Source of the DNA: an uncultured Christensenellaceae bacterium
GTDB taxonomy: Bacteria > Bacillota > Clostridia > Christensenellales > UBA3700
Reading direction: 5' to 3'
Length of the DNA stretch: 61,934 nucleotides
NCBI GenBank assembly: GCA_944381315.1
Contig: CALWKR010000055.1
Span: forward strand, 1 to 61,934
The position numbers and the translations under genes were made by a program. This document shows, one piece after another, positions 19,884-26,934 of this stretch. The notes under the pieces were generated by a model. It worked only from the letters and a program-made list of their open reading frames with translations, was not told the DNA's origin and did not search any database. Position 1 is the stretch's first letter. The number at the start of each line of letters is the position of its first letter.

Positions 19884-19986
19884 GCGGCAAATAGTTTTGC
19901 GCGCATTCTCGCCTATGCGCCAAGATCTGCCGCAAGACCATGCGCGGCAAACAGTTTTGTATGCTGTCTCTCGCCGACGCGCCAAG
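19884..19986. repeat. Degenerate direct repeat pair (period about 60 bp)
   Basis: GCGGCAAA(T/C)AGTTTTG...TCTCGCC...GCGCCAAG at 19884-19924 and 19944-19986. Confidence 0.7.
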
Positions 19987-20098
19987 CTCGCGCATTCTTG
20001 TCTGAGACGCTTGGCGAACGAAGCGCCGACGCAAGTGCGCTGCATTTATCCGACAGCCGAATATGATCCGAGAACGCGGATGTTGCCGCGTCGTTTGC

Positions 20099-20174
20099 GC
20101 AGATAAAGTCTATCGTATTTGTCGGCAAGAAGTCGACCTTGTCTGTGCGGATAAAGTCGAGCGTATCCGCGCCG
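20099..20174. repeat. Degenerate direct repeat pair (period 48 bp)
   Basis: GC(A/G)GATAAAGTC(T/G)A(T/G)CGTAT... at 20099-20126 and 20147-20174. Confidence 0.65.
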
Positions 20175-20300
20175 ACGATCGCTTTATCCTTGCGCATAAG
20201 AATTGCATAAAATATACGAAAATTAATCATAAAACGCATAAATGCACCGTTTTCAGGGCATAAATATACACAAATTTTGTAAAAATATGTAAAATATCGC

Positions 20301-20330
20301 TTGACAAGTAATTTTGCATTGTGAGATAAT
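20301..20330 (+). promoter_or_regulatory. Strong orphan sigma-70-type promoter
   Basis: TTGACA (20301-20306), 18-nt spacer, TGaGATAAT (extended -10, hexamer 20325-20330), inside an AT-rich patch. No CDS follows on this strand. Confidence 0.6.
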
Positions 20331-20337
20331 ATCGTTA

Positions 20338-20441
20338 CCGCAATGTTATACCGGTTTGCGTGAGACGAAACAACGTTTGGCGGAGCGCAAGTTCCGCCGC
20401 TCTCTGCAGTCGCGCGTTCTTTCGAGAGCGCGCGATTTTTT
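20338..20441 (+). ncRNA. Candidate small RNA or attenuated leader of about 100 nt, unknown family
   Basis: Bounded by the promoter above and an 11-bp stem TCGCGCGTTCT-TTCG-AGAGCGCGCGA plus T6 (20410-20441). Internal hairpin GGCGGA/TCCGCC (20379-20398). No SD-preceded ORF. Confidence 0.35.
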
Positions 20442-20744
20442 GCGCCGCAATCACGGTCGTATAGGTATTTCGCGCGCGAGTTTGCGCATATTGCGGCAAC
20501 GCAAGCGCTCAAGCTCGGACGGATAAGAGGAGAGTCAGTTGCGATCTCGACATGTACAGCCGAGCTTTGCGCGGTGCAGTCGCAGAGCCGCAGGGAGAGG
20601 AGATCAGGCATCGGCGCAGCGCAGACAGACGACGATGAGCCGATCGCGTCGAGTCGTTGTTGCAGTCGTTGATGACGGCGCGCAAGTCGGGAGTTTTGCG
20701 AGAGACGTCTAATGAGCAAGATCGCAAGCCGCGATCGGAAAGAT

Positions 20745-21668
20745 TCAGCGCGTATTATCTGTACGAGAGCCGACGTCGTCGGGGCGAATGCCGCCTTTTG
20801 CGCCGACGTTTTGCTCGGCGCCGTTGCCTCGCTCCGCAAGATCGGAAGCAGCGGAGTCGGAAAAAGTATCGAGCAGTCGAGATCGAGCGCGATCATTGTT
20901 TTGCTCGGAAATACCGTCCTGTTCCGAAAGTACAGGGGGAGCGGAGTTGTCGCAATTCGAGGAAAGAGTACCGAGCCCGGGAGTTTGAGTGAGCGAAACG
21001 CTTTGCTTGGCGGCGGAAGTCCCGTCGGTATGAGCCGTTTGGGCTTCGCAACGGGTGCTGTCGGCGCAATGAGCGTCGGAGTCGGGCGCGTGATCGGGCC
21101 GTTGCAGATGTCGCGCAGAATGCGAATTTTGCGCCGAGCGGTGAAGCAGTCTGTCCAATGTCAGGCACAGCGGCTTGAACAAAAGGGGGAAAAGGATCGC
21201 GTTGCAGACGATCTGGACGATGTAGAAGACGGCGCCGCGCGAGTAGTAGATCGCAAAACGCGCGCCGAAGTCGTCCCAATAGCCGCTGAAAAGTCCTATG
21301 TCGACGAGCGAAGTCAGCACTCCGAACCAGACGGTCATCACCGTCGCGATGAGCGTCGGGACGATGCGCGACGGCTTGCAGAAGCGCGAGAGCAACCAAA
21401 AGACGAGCGCGACGCTCGGCCAGTGGATGAAGTAGGAGATCAGCCATGTGCCGACGCCGTAGAGCAGCGATTCGCAGGAGACAAAGACAAGCGTCGCCAG
21501 CACTCCGCTTGCGCCGAGTACGAAGCCGTAGACGGCGCACAGCAGAGTGACGATCTCGACGTTCGGGATCGCCGAGAGCACGAATTTGCCTGCCGTCAAA
21601 GTCGCCGCCGCGAGGGCGGTGCGCGCGACGAACTTTGCGCCGCGCACGGCTTCGCGCTTTGCGTTCAT
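20745..21668 (-). CDS. Multi-TM membrane protein, ECF S-component-like (putative cobalamin uptake), with a low-complexity C-terminal tail of about 125 aa
   Basis: MNAKREAVRGAKF... is followed by 5-6 hydrophobic helices (AIPNVEIVTLLCAVYGFVLG...). The ATG overlaps the upstream stop (ATGA at 21665-21668). It lies downstream of a B12 riboswitch. The tail (HRSAQNSH...SRTDNTR) has no recognisable domain. Confidence 0.7.
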   Translation of the reverse strand: MNAKREAVRGAKFVARTALAAATLTAGKFVLSAIPNVEIVTLLCAVYGFVLGASGVLATLVFVSCESLLYGVGTWLISYFIHWPSVALVFWLLSRFCKPSRIVPTLIATVMTVWFGVLTSLVDIGLFSGYWDDFGARFAIYYSRGAVFYIVQIVCNAILFPLLFKPLCLTLDRLLHRSAQNSHSARHLQRPDHAPDSDAHCADSTRCEAQTAHTDGTSAAKQSVSLTQTPGLGTLSSNCDNSAPPVLSEQDGISEQNNDRARSRLLDTFSDSAASDLAERGNGAEQNVGAKGGIRPDDVGSRTDNTR

Positions 21669-22126
21669 CGCCAGACTATCGTGCCGACAAAGACGACGCA
21701 GCCGTCCTCGATCGTCATTTCGAGCGCGCCGACGCCGCTGTTTATAAGTTCTTTGCCGTCGTACTCGATCGACGCCGCCCATTGCGACACGTCATAGTCC
21801 GCCGCGACGGAAGTGTAGATGTAGATGTATTCGGGGGCTTGCGGCGCGAGTGATCCGACCGACTTGAGCATAGTGCCTTGCAGATCATAGGAGACTTCCG
21901 CCTTGTCGAGCACGTCGACCAGGTCGATGTCCTTGTCCATGCCGGAAAGGTCGACGTCGACGGTCTGCCGAGGATCGGAATCGATGACGAGAGTCATTGA
22001 CGCTCCGCTTGCGAAGACGTTGGGATCGTTGTCGTCGGTGCAGCCGAAGGCGGCTGTACAGGACACAGAAAGGACGATGATCGTCAGTGCCGCGAGCAGG
22101 ACGCGGCGAAGGGTCTTGTTTTTCAT
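21665..22126 (-). CDS. Secreted/lipoprotein, tentatively DUF4430 (transcobalamin-like) family
   Basis: 153 aa. Signal peptide MKNKTLRRVLLAALTIIVLSVSCTAAFGC. GGAGG SD. First gene after the cobalamin riboswitch. The family assignment is from memory of DUF4430 context, not a search. Confidence 0.6.
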   Translation of the reverse strand: MKNKTLRRVLLAALTIIVLSVSCTAAFGCTDDNDPNVFASGASMTLVIDSDPRQTVDVDLSGMDKDIDLVDVLDKAEVSYDLQGTMLKSVGSLAPQAPEYIYIYTSVAADYDVSQWAASIEYDGKELINSGVGALEMTIEDGCVVFVGTIVWR

Positions 22127-22162
22127 TTTTGGACCTCCGTGTAGGTTATCTGTATTTGTCGG

Positions 22163-22196
22163 GGCAAAACGAATGCCTTCTCAAAGAAGAGAAGGC
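22163..22196 (-). terminator. Candidate riboswitch expression-platform terminator
   Basis: Minus strand reads GCCTTCTC-TTCTTT-GAGAAGGC followed by AUUCGUUUUG (interrupted U-run), about 35 nt before the SD of the lipoprotein gene. Confidence 0.4.
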
Positions 22197-22263
22197 AAGT
22201 CAAGACAGGCGCCGCGGCGCATATCGGTGCAGTCTTTCATTGCCCAAAGACGTATCCGAAAAA

Positions 22264-22386
22264 AGCTGCGGGGCAGGTCTTCCGACTTACGGCTTGCGCC
22301 GATCACGGTAATGGCTGTTGCGACGGATTTTCACCGAGATTCCCACTGTTGACGGTTTGCCCGAAGGCTCCCGAACCGAGCAGCTG
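22264..22386 (-). promoter_or_regulatory. Cobalamin (B12) riboswitch aptamer, compact form
   Basis: Minus strand: P1 CAGCTGC...GCAGCT; GGGAAUCUCGGUGAAAAUCCG core (plus 22325-22344); B12 box AGUCGGAAGACCUGCC (plus 22272-22287). Confidence 0.85.
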
Positions 22387-22394
22387 TTTTTTAT

Positions 22395-22424
22395 ATTTTA
22401 GCGCGTCGATCGCGCAGATGTCAA
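22395..22424 (-). promoter_or_regulatory. Candidate promoter for the riboswitch-controlled pair
   Basis: Minus strand TTGACA (22419-22424, overlapping the metH stop), 18-nt spacer, TAAAAT (22395-22400). Confidence 0.5.
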
Positions 22425-24790
22425 TGCGTTTGGCTCAACTTGGGCAGTTCGAGCGCTTCGCCCTTGTAGACGTGCGCGGCGATCTTGACGTCTGCCGCCG
22501 CGTCCTTGCAGTAGTAGTCCGCGCCTATCGTGCGCGCATAGTCCTGCGTCAGCACCGCGCCGCCGACCATGATCGCCGTATCCGCGCATTCTTTGCGGAT
22601 GAGCTCTATCGCCGACTTCATGTTGGGGACGGTCGTCGTCATCAGCGCGGACAGTCCGCACAGCTTGGCGCCGCTGCGTTTGATCGCGGCGACGATATCC
22701 TTTGCCCCGACGTTTTTGCCCAGGTCGACGACGTCGTAACCGTAGTTTTCGAGCACGGTCGCGGCTATGTTTTTGCCAATGTCGTGCACGTCGCCCTCGA
22801 CTGTCGCGACGACGATCGGATCGCCCTTGACTGCCGCTTCGGGCATCTTCTTCTTGATCTCGTCAAAGCAAGCCTTTGCGCTGTCCGCCGCGGCGATGAG
22901 CTGTGGCAGGAACAGCGTGCCCTTTTCGTATTCGCTGCCGACAGCGTTGAGCGCGGGGATGAGGTGTTCGTTGACGAGATCGAGCGGCGCGACTCCGCCG
23001 TCGAGCATCGCCGCCGCGGCTTCGCGCGCGGCAGGCAGACCCTTGCGGATCAGATAGTCCAGATCGCGGCTCTCGCCGTGCGCGGCAGGAGATTCGTCCT
23101 TTGCCTTCGCGTACTTCGCGGTGTAGGCTGCGCAGTTGACGTCGCTGCCGCTCAATACCTTGAATGCGTCGACAGCCTGCATGTTTTCGGCGACGTTGGG
23201 ATTGAGTATGGCCGCGTCGAGCCCTGCCCACAGCGCCGCCGTGAGGAATGCGGTGTTGATGGTCTTGCGCTCGGGCAGTCCGAACGATATATTGCTGACG
23301 CCCAGCACGGTGCGCACCGCGTATTCGCGCTTGATCGCTTTGATGGCTTCAAGAGTGCGTACGGCTTGTTCTTGCTGCGCGCCGACTGTCAAAGTCAGAC
23401 AGTCGACAAAGATGTCCGTCTCGGGGATGCCGACGGTCTTGGCGCGCGCGATGATCTTGCGCGCGATGTCGAGCCTCTCTCGGACAGTCGAGGGCACGCC
23501 GCGCGAGTCCACGCACAGCGCGACTATCGCGGCGCCGTACTTCGCCGCTATCGGCAGTATGCCGTCGAGGCTGTCATCGTCGCCGTTGACGGAGTTGACG
23601 ATCGCCTTGCCGTGATAGGCTCTCAGCGCCGCTTCGATCGCGTCGGGGCGCGTGCAGTCGATCTGCAAGGGCAGATCGGTGACTCTCTGCAATGTCTCGA
23701 CCATGCGGACGAGAGTGGCTTTTTCGTCTATATCGGGGAGTCCGGCATTGACGTCGAGGATGTCGGCGCCGGCTTCTTCTTGCTCCAACGCCTGCGATAT
23801 GACATAGTCGAAGTCGCCCGTCCTCAGCGCCTCTTTCATCGCCTTTTTGCCTGTCGGATTGATGCGCTCGCCTATGACTTTGGGACTGTCCCAAAAGACT
23901 GCGCGGTGAGCGGAACAGACTGACGAACGTGGCGAAAACTCACACGGGCGCCAAATTTTTTCGTCCGCTATCTTGCGGATCAGAGATATGTATTCGGGCG
24001 TTGTGCCGCAACAGCCGCCTATTATCTTTACGCCGAGATCGGCATAGCGGCGGCAGTAGTCGGCGTATTCTGCCGCGCCGACGGAGTAGTTGCCGTCGCT
24101 GTCGGGCAGTCCTGCGTTGGCTTGCACGATCAGGGGCTTGGAAGTGAGTCCGGCAAGGCATTGAACGACGGGCAGCAGCTTGTCGGGACCGAGCGAACAA
24201 TTGACGCCGATGACGTCGCAAAGCGGCGACGCGGTCAGCGCAAACGCTTGGACCGTGCAGCCGGTGAACGTGCGCATATTGTCGAAGAACGTCATCGACG
24301 CGATGACGGGAAGATCGCTGTTTTCGCGGACGGCGAGCAGGGCGGCGCGGAGCTCGGCGAGGTCGGACATGGTCTCTACGATGACGAGATCGGCGTCCTT
24401 GCCTGCGATCACCGCGCGCTTGTAGACGTCGTATGCCTGATCGAAAGTCATCGTGCCCAGCGGCTGCAACAGCTGCCCTGTGGGACCGAGATCGAGAGCG
24501 ACGAGTTTGCCCGGAGCGGAACGGCGCGCAAGAGCGACCGCTTCGCGTATGATCGAGTCGGAAAGTTCGCCCGCCTTGGCGGCGTTGGCGCCGAATGTGG
24601 CAGTCGAGATCACGTCCGCGCCTGCGGCGGCATATGCGCGGTGGATGTCGGCAAAGGCGTCGGGATCGGTGAGGACGAGTTTTTCGGGCAGAGTGCCCGT
24701 ATCTTTGCGCGCGCGTTGGAGCATAGTGCCCATCGCGCCGTCAAAGACGATCGTCTTGTCAGATCTCAGCAACTCACGAAAGTTTTTCAT
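22421..24790 (-). CDS. metH: Cobalamin-dependent methionine synthase, short form (Hcy-, folate- and B12-binding modules; no reactivation domain)
   Basis: 789 aa. N-terminal homocysteine S-methyltransferase region, pterin-binding region, and the B12 motif GDVHDIGKNI. Confidence 0.93.
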   Translation of the reverse strand: MKNFRELLRSDKTIVFDGAMGTMLQRARKDTGTLPEKLVLTDPDAFADIHRAYAAAGADVISTATFGANAAKAGELSDSIIREAVALARRSAPGKLVALDLGPTGQLLQPLGTMTFDQAYDVYKRAVIAGKDADLVIVETMSDLAELRAALLAVRENSDLPVIASMTFFDNMRTFTGCTVQAFALTASPLCDVIGVNCSLGPDKLLPVVQCLAGLTSKPLIVQANAGLPDSDGNYSVGAAEYADYCRRYADLGVKIIGGCCGTTPEYISLIRKIADEKIWRPCEFSPRSSVCSAHRAVFWDSPKVIGERINPTGKKAMKEALRTGDFDYVISQALEQEEAGADILDVNAGLPDIDEKATLVRMVETLQRVTDLPLQIDCTRPDAIEAALRAYHGKAIVNSVNGDDDSLDGILPIAAKYGAAIVALCVDSRGVPSTVRERLDIARKIIARAKTVGIPETDIFVDCLTLTVGAQQEQAVRTLEAIKAIKREYAVRTVLGVSNISFGLPERKTINTAFLTAALWAGLDAAILNPNVAENMQAVDAFKVLSGSDVNCAAYTAKYAKAKDESPAAHGESRDLDYLIRKGLPAAREAAAAMLDGGVAPLDLVNEHLIPALNAVGSEYEKGTLFLPQLIAAADSAKACFDEIKKKMPEAAVKGDPIVVATVEGDVHDIGKNIAATVLENYGYDVVDLGKNVGAKDIVAAIKRSGAKLCGLSALMTTTVPNMKSAIELIRKECADTAIMVGGAVLTQDYARTIGADYYCKDAAADVKIAAHVYKGEALELPKLSQTH

Positions 24791-25427
24791 TGTTCTCCGT
24801 ATCGCGCGCGGCGCAATTCTTGTTGGCGCACCTCGCGCATTTGTCAGATTTGAGGAAGGGGAACGGCGCTCCGTCGCGCTTGATCCCGATCAATGCGGTG
24901 ACCGACTTGCGCGGCACGAGAGAGCCGCCGACGTCCGCGCACAGACCTATCTTGGTGTCGGTCGAAAGCAGCGCGCAGATGTCGTGCTGGGCTTGGATGG
25001 GGAAGTCGCCGTAGCCGCACGAAAAGCGCGCGGTGAGCGCGCCCGTCTCGCGTTGGAGCGCGTCGCAGACTTCGTCGCAATAGCTCTCTATCGCGCATGA
25101 CGCCGCAGTGTCGAAGAGCAGTCCGTCGCGTGCGGAACGCGCGAAGAGCCGCTCGGACTCGCGTTCTATCTGCGCGCCGAGCGTGGCGGCGAACAGCAAT
25201 ACGCGATCGCAGTCGCCGAGGTGGCGGCGGATGTCCTTGCCTTCGGCGACGAAGCCCGTGCCGACGAGCGCGCCGTCGCGATAGTCGAACTTGCGGACGA
25301 CGTGTTTGGGACGGGCGACGTCAAGGCACAGCCGAGAAACGCGCTCGATCGCCGCGTCGGTGGCGGCGTCGATCTCTTGACCTCTCCAACCGAGGTATCT
25401 GAGCATTTCGCGGCGGTCGATGTTCAT
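24774..25427 (-). CDS. Stand-alone MetH activation (AdoMet-binding reactivation) domain protein with a Cys-rich C-terminus
   Basis: 217 aa. Sits between metF and metH and overlaps both neighbours (4 nt and 17 nt). Contains RFSCGYGDFP and the tail CARCANKNC. Confidence 0.75.
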   Translation of the reverse strand: MNIDRREMLRYLGWRGQEIDAATDAAIERVSRLCLDVARPKHVVRKFDYRDGALVGTGFVAEGKDIRRHLGDCDRVLLFAATLGAQIERESERLFARSARDGLLFDTAASCAIESYCDEVCDALQRETGALTARFSCGYGDFPIQAQHDICALLSTDTKIGLCADVGGSLVPRKSVTALIGIKRDGAPFPFLKSDKCARCANKNCAARDTENNEKLS

Positions 25428-26299
25428 TGGTTGATGCTTTGGAGCAGAGAGGACACGTTCTCGGTTATCGCGCGCGCGACTTCGGCGTTGTTCATCACAT
25501 AGAGGTGCACGCCGCGCACTCCGGACGAGAGCAGATCGACGATCTGATCGGTCGCATAGGCTATGCCTGCCTGCATCAGAGAACGGGGATCGTCATAGAA
25601 CTTGGCGATCATCCTCGAGATCTTGTTGGGCAATTTGGCTCCCGTCATGCCGACGATGCGGTCGACGGTGCTCTTCTTTACGAGCGGCATGATGCCTGCC
25701 TGTACGGGGACGTCGATGCCTGCGATCGCGATCCGCTCTTGGAAACGGAAGAAGTCGTCGTTGTCATAGAAAAGCTGCGTGTTGAGATGCGTCACGCCTG
25801 CTTCGACCTTGCGCTTGAGATGGGCGATGTCCTCGACGAGGCTCGCGCTCTCGGGGTGTCCCTCGGGATAGCAGGCGCCCGCAAGATCGAAGTCATAGCC
25901 CTCGCTGCGGATGAAGCTCACCAGCTGATCGGCATGGGCGAAGTCGGGCGAGAGCGGCGCGTCTTTGATGCGGTCGCCGCGCAACGCGAGGATGTTTTGG
26001 ATCCCTGCGGCTTTGATCTCGGCAAGCGCGGCAGAGATCTGCGCGCGCGTGGAATTGATGCAAGTCAAGTGGGCGAGAGGAAGCACGCCGAACTCCTTGT
26101 CCAGCATTTGCGCGATCTCGATCGTGCGCGAGTTGCCCGAACCGCCTGCGCTGCAAGTCACCGACACATAGTCGGGCTTCAAATCGGACAGCGCCGCGAC
26201 CGTCGCCTTTATCCCGGCGAGATCGGCAGTCGGCTTGGGAGGGAATATCTCGAAGGACCAAAGCGCCTTCTTGGTTTTGAAGATGTCGGAAATGTACAT
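25424..26299 (-). CDS. metF: 5,10-methylenetetrahydrofolate reductase
   Basis: MYISDIFKTKKALWSFEIFPPK... ATG 26299 lies 5 nt after GGAGG. The track ORF start at 26338 lies in the 5' UTR. Confidence 0.93.
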   Translation of the reverse strand: MYISDIFKTKKALWSFEIFPPKPTADLAGIKATVAALSDLKPDYVSVTCSAGGSGNSRTIEIAQMLDKEFGVLPLAHLTCINSTRAQISAALAEIKAAGIQNILALRGDRIKDAPLSPDFAHADQLVSFIRSEGYDFDLAGACYPEGHPESASLVEDIAHLKRKVEAGVTHLNTQLFYDNDDFFRFQERIAIAGIDVPVQAGIMPLVKKSTVDRIVGMTGAKLPNKISRMIAKFYDDPRSLMQAGIAYATDQIVDLLSSGVRGVHLYVMNNAEVARAITENVSSLLQSINQ

Positions 26300-26339
26300 A
26301 TTTGCCTCCGCCTGCGCGTGCAGGCAGTCTTTTTTCAAT

Positions 26340-26368
26340 ATTATAGCAAAAAATTCCCTTTATAGCAA
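26340..26368 (-). promoter_or_regulatory. Promoter of the metF / MetH-activation / metH operon
   Basis: Minus strand TTGCTA (26363-26368), 17-nt spacer, TATAAT (26340-26345). The leader is only about 35 nt, which leaves no room for an S-box or T-box. Confidence 0.65.
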
Positions 26369-26400
26369 CAACTCTCGCATTTGCAACCTGCCGAGCGGCG

Positions 26401-26647
26401 GCCGTGTGGCGGTCGCGTGGCGACGGCATGTTTGGAACAATTCTAAGCGTAACACCAAAAAGTGCGTCACTCATACTTGACAGCCGTGTGACGGTCGCGT
26501 GGCGGTCGCGTGGCGACTGCATGTTTGGAACAATTCTAAGCGTAACACAAAAAAGTGCGTCACTCATACTTGACAGCCGCGTGGCGGCGGCATGTTTGGG
26601 ATCATTCTAAGCGCGGCAATAAAAAGTGCGTCACTCATACTTGACAG
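26401..26647. repeat. Intergenic tandem repeat cluster 2 (3 units of 83, 93 and 71 bp)
   Basis: Each unit has a GC-rich head (CCGTGTG(G/A)CGG, GTCGCGTGGCGAC), then GCATGTTTGG(A/G)A(C/T)(A/C)ATTCTAAGCG..AA(A)AAAGTGCGTCACTCATACTTGACAG. Same architecture as 3653-3841. Confidence 0.92.
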
Positions 26648-26934
26648 CTTTCCGGCAAAGGAGCGCGACATAATATTGATAAAATAAAAGGCGGCGGAGT
26701 GGGACGGAGCAGTCATTTCATTTGCATTAAATTTGAATTACATTAAAATGCTGTTAAAAATCGCGCACGGCGCGAGTAAAGCAACATGTGTGGATAAAAA
26801 TTGCGCAAAAACGATAAAAAATTCTCGTAAGCCGCTAAATTTAATTTTGATGAAATATCAGTGTAATGACAGCTTAATACAATTAAATCGAAAGATTGGG
26901 GCAGAGCCCCGAAATTAATGTAAGGAGGCAGTTT

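Noticed and set aside
19913-20896. 327-aa minus-strand ORF covering the post-rplQ gap
   Set aside because: It runs straight through the AT-rich promoter patch and the terminator hairpin. It is low in complexity and has no SD or recognisable domain. Its internal 'DFI' repeats merely reflect the DNA direct repeats.
20712-23923. Plus-strand ORFs 20712-21797 (361 aa) and 22349-23923 (524 aa), plus 25427-26365 (312 aa)
   Set aside because: They lie opposite the S-component-like gene, metH and metF respectively. They are Arg-rich and have no SD, whereas the minus-strand genes carry diagnostic motifs and coupled starts.
25893-26567. Minus-strand ORF translating the tandem repeats into reiterated MSDALF(C/G)VTLRIVPNM(Q/P)SPRDRH peptides
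   Set aside because: No SD precedes any of the ATGs. Only one unit length (93 bp) is a multiple of 3. The ORF then continues out of frame over the metF N-terminus. The related cluster 1 does not preserve the peptide.
26401-26647. CRISPR array interpretation of the tandem repeats (also 3653-3841)
   Set aside because: There are only 2-3 units, with no constant-length repeat/spacer alternation. The units are contiguous and their variability lies inside the GC-rich head. No cas genes are present.
26789-26797. Perfect DnaA box TGTGGATAA in the AT-rich region, plus DnaA-box-like TTATCC/GGATAA strings at 20045-20190, raising the question of oriC
   Set aside because: A single perfect 9-mer is expected by chance in 62 kb read on both strands. 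The others carry 2-3 mismatches or insertions. No dnaA or dnaN gene and no box cluster are present.
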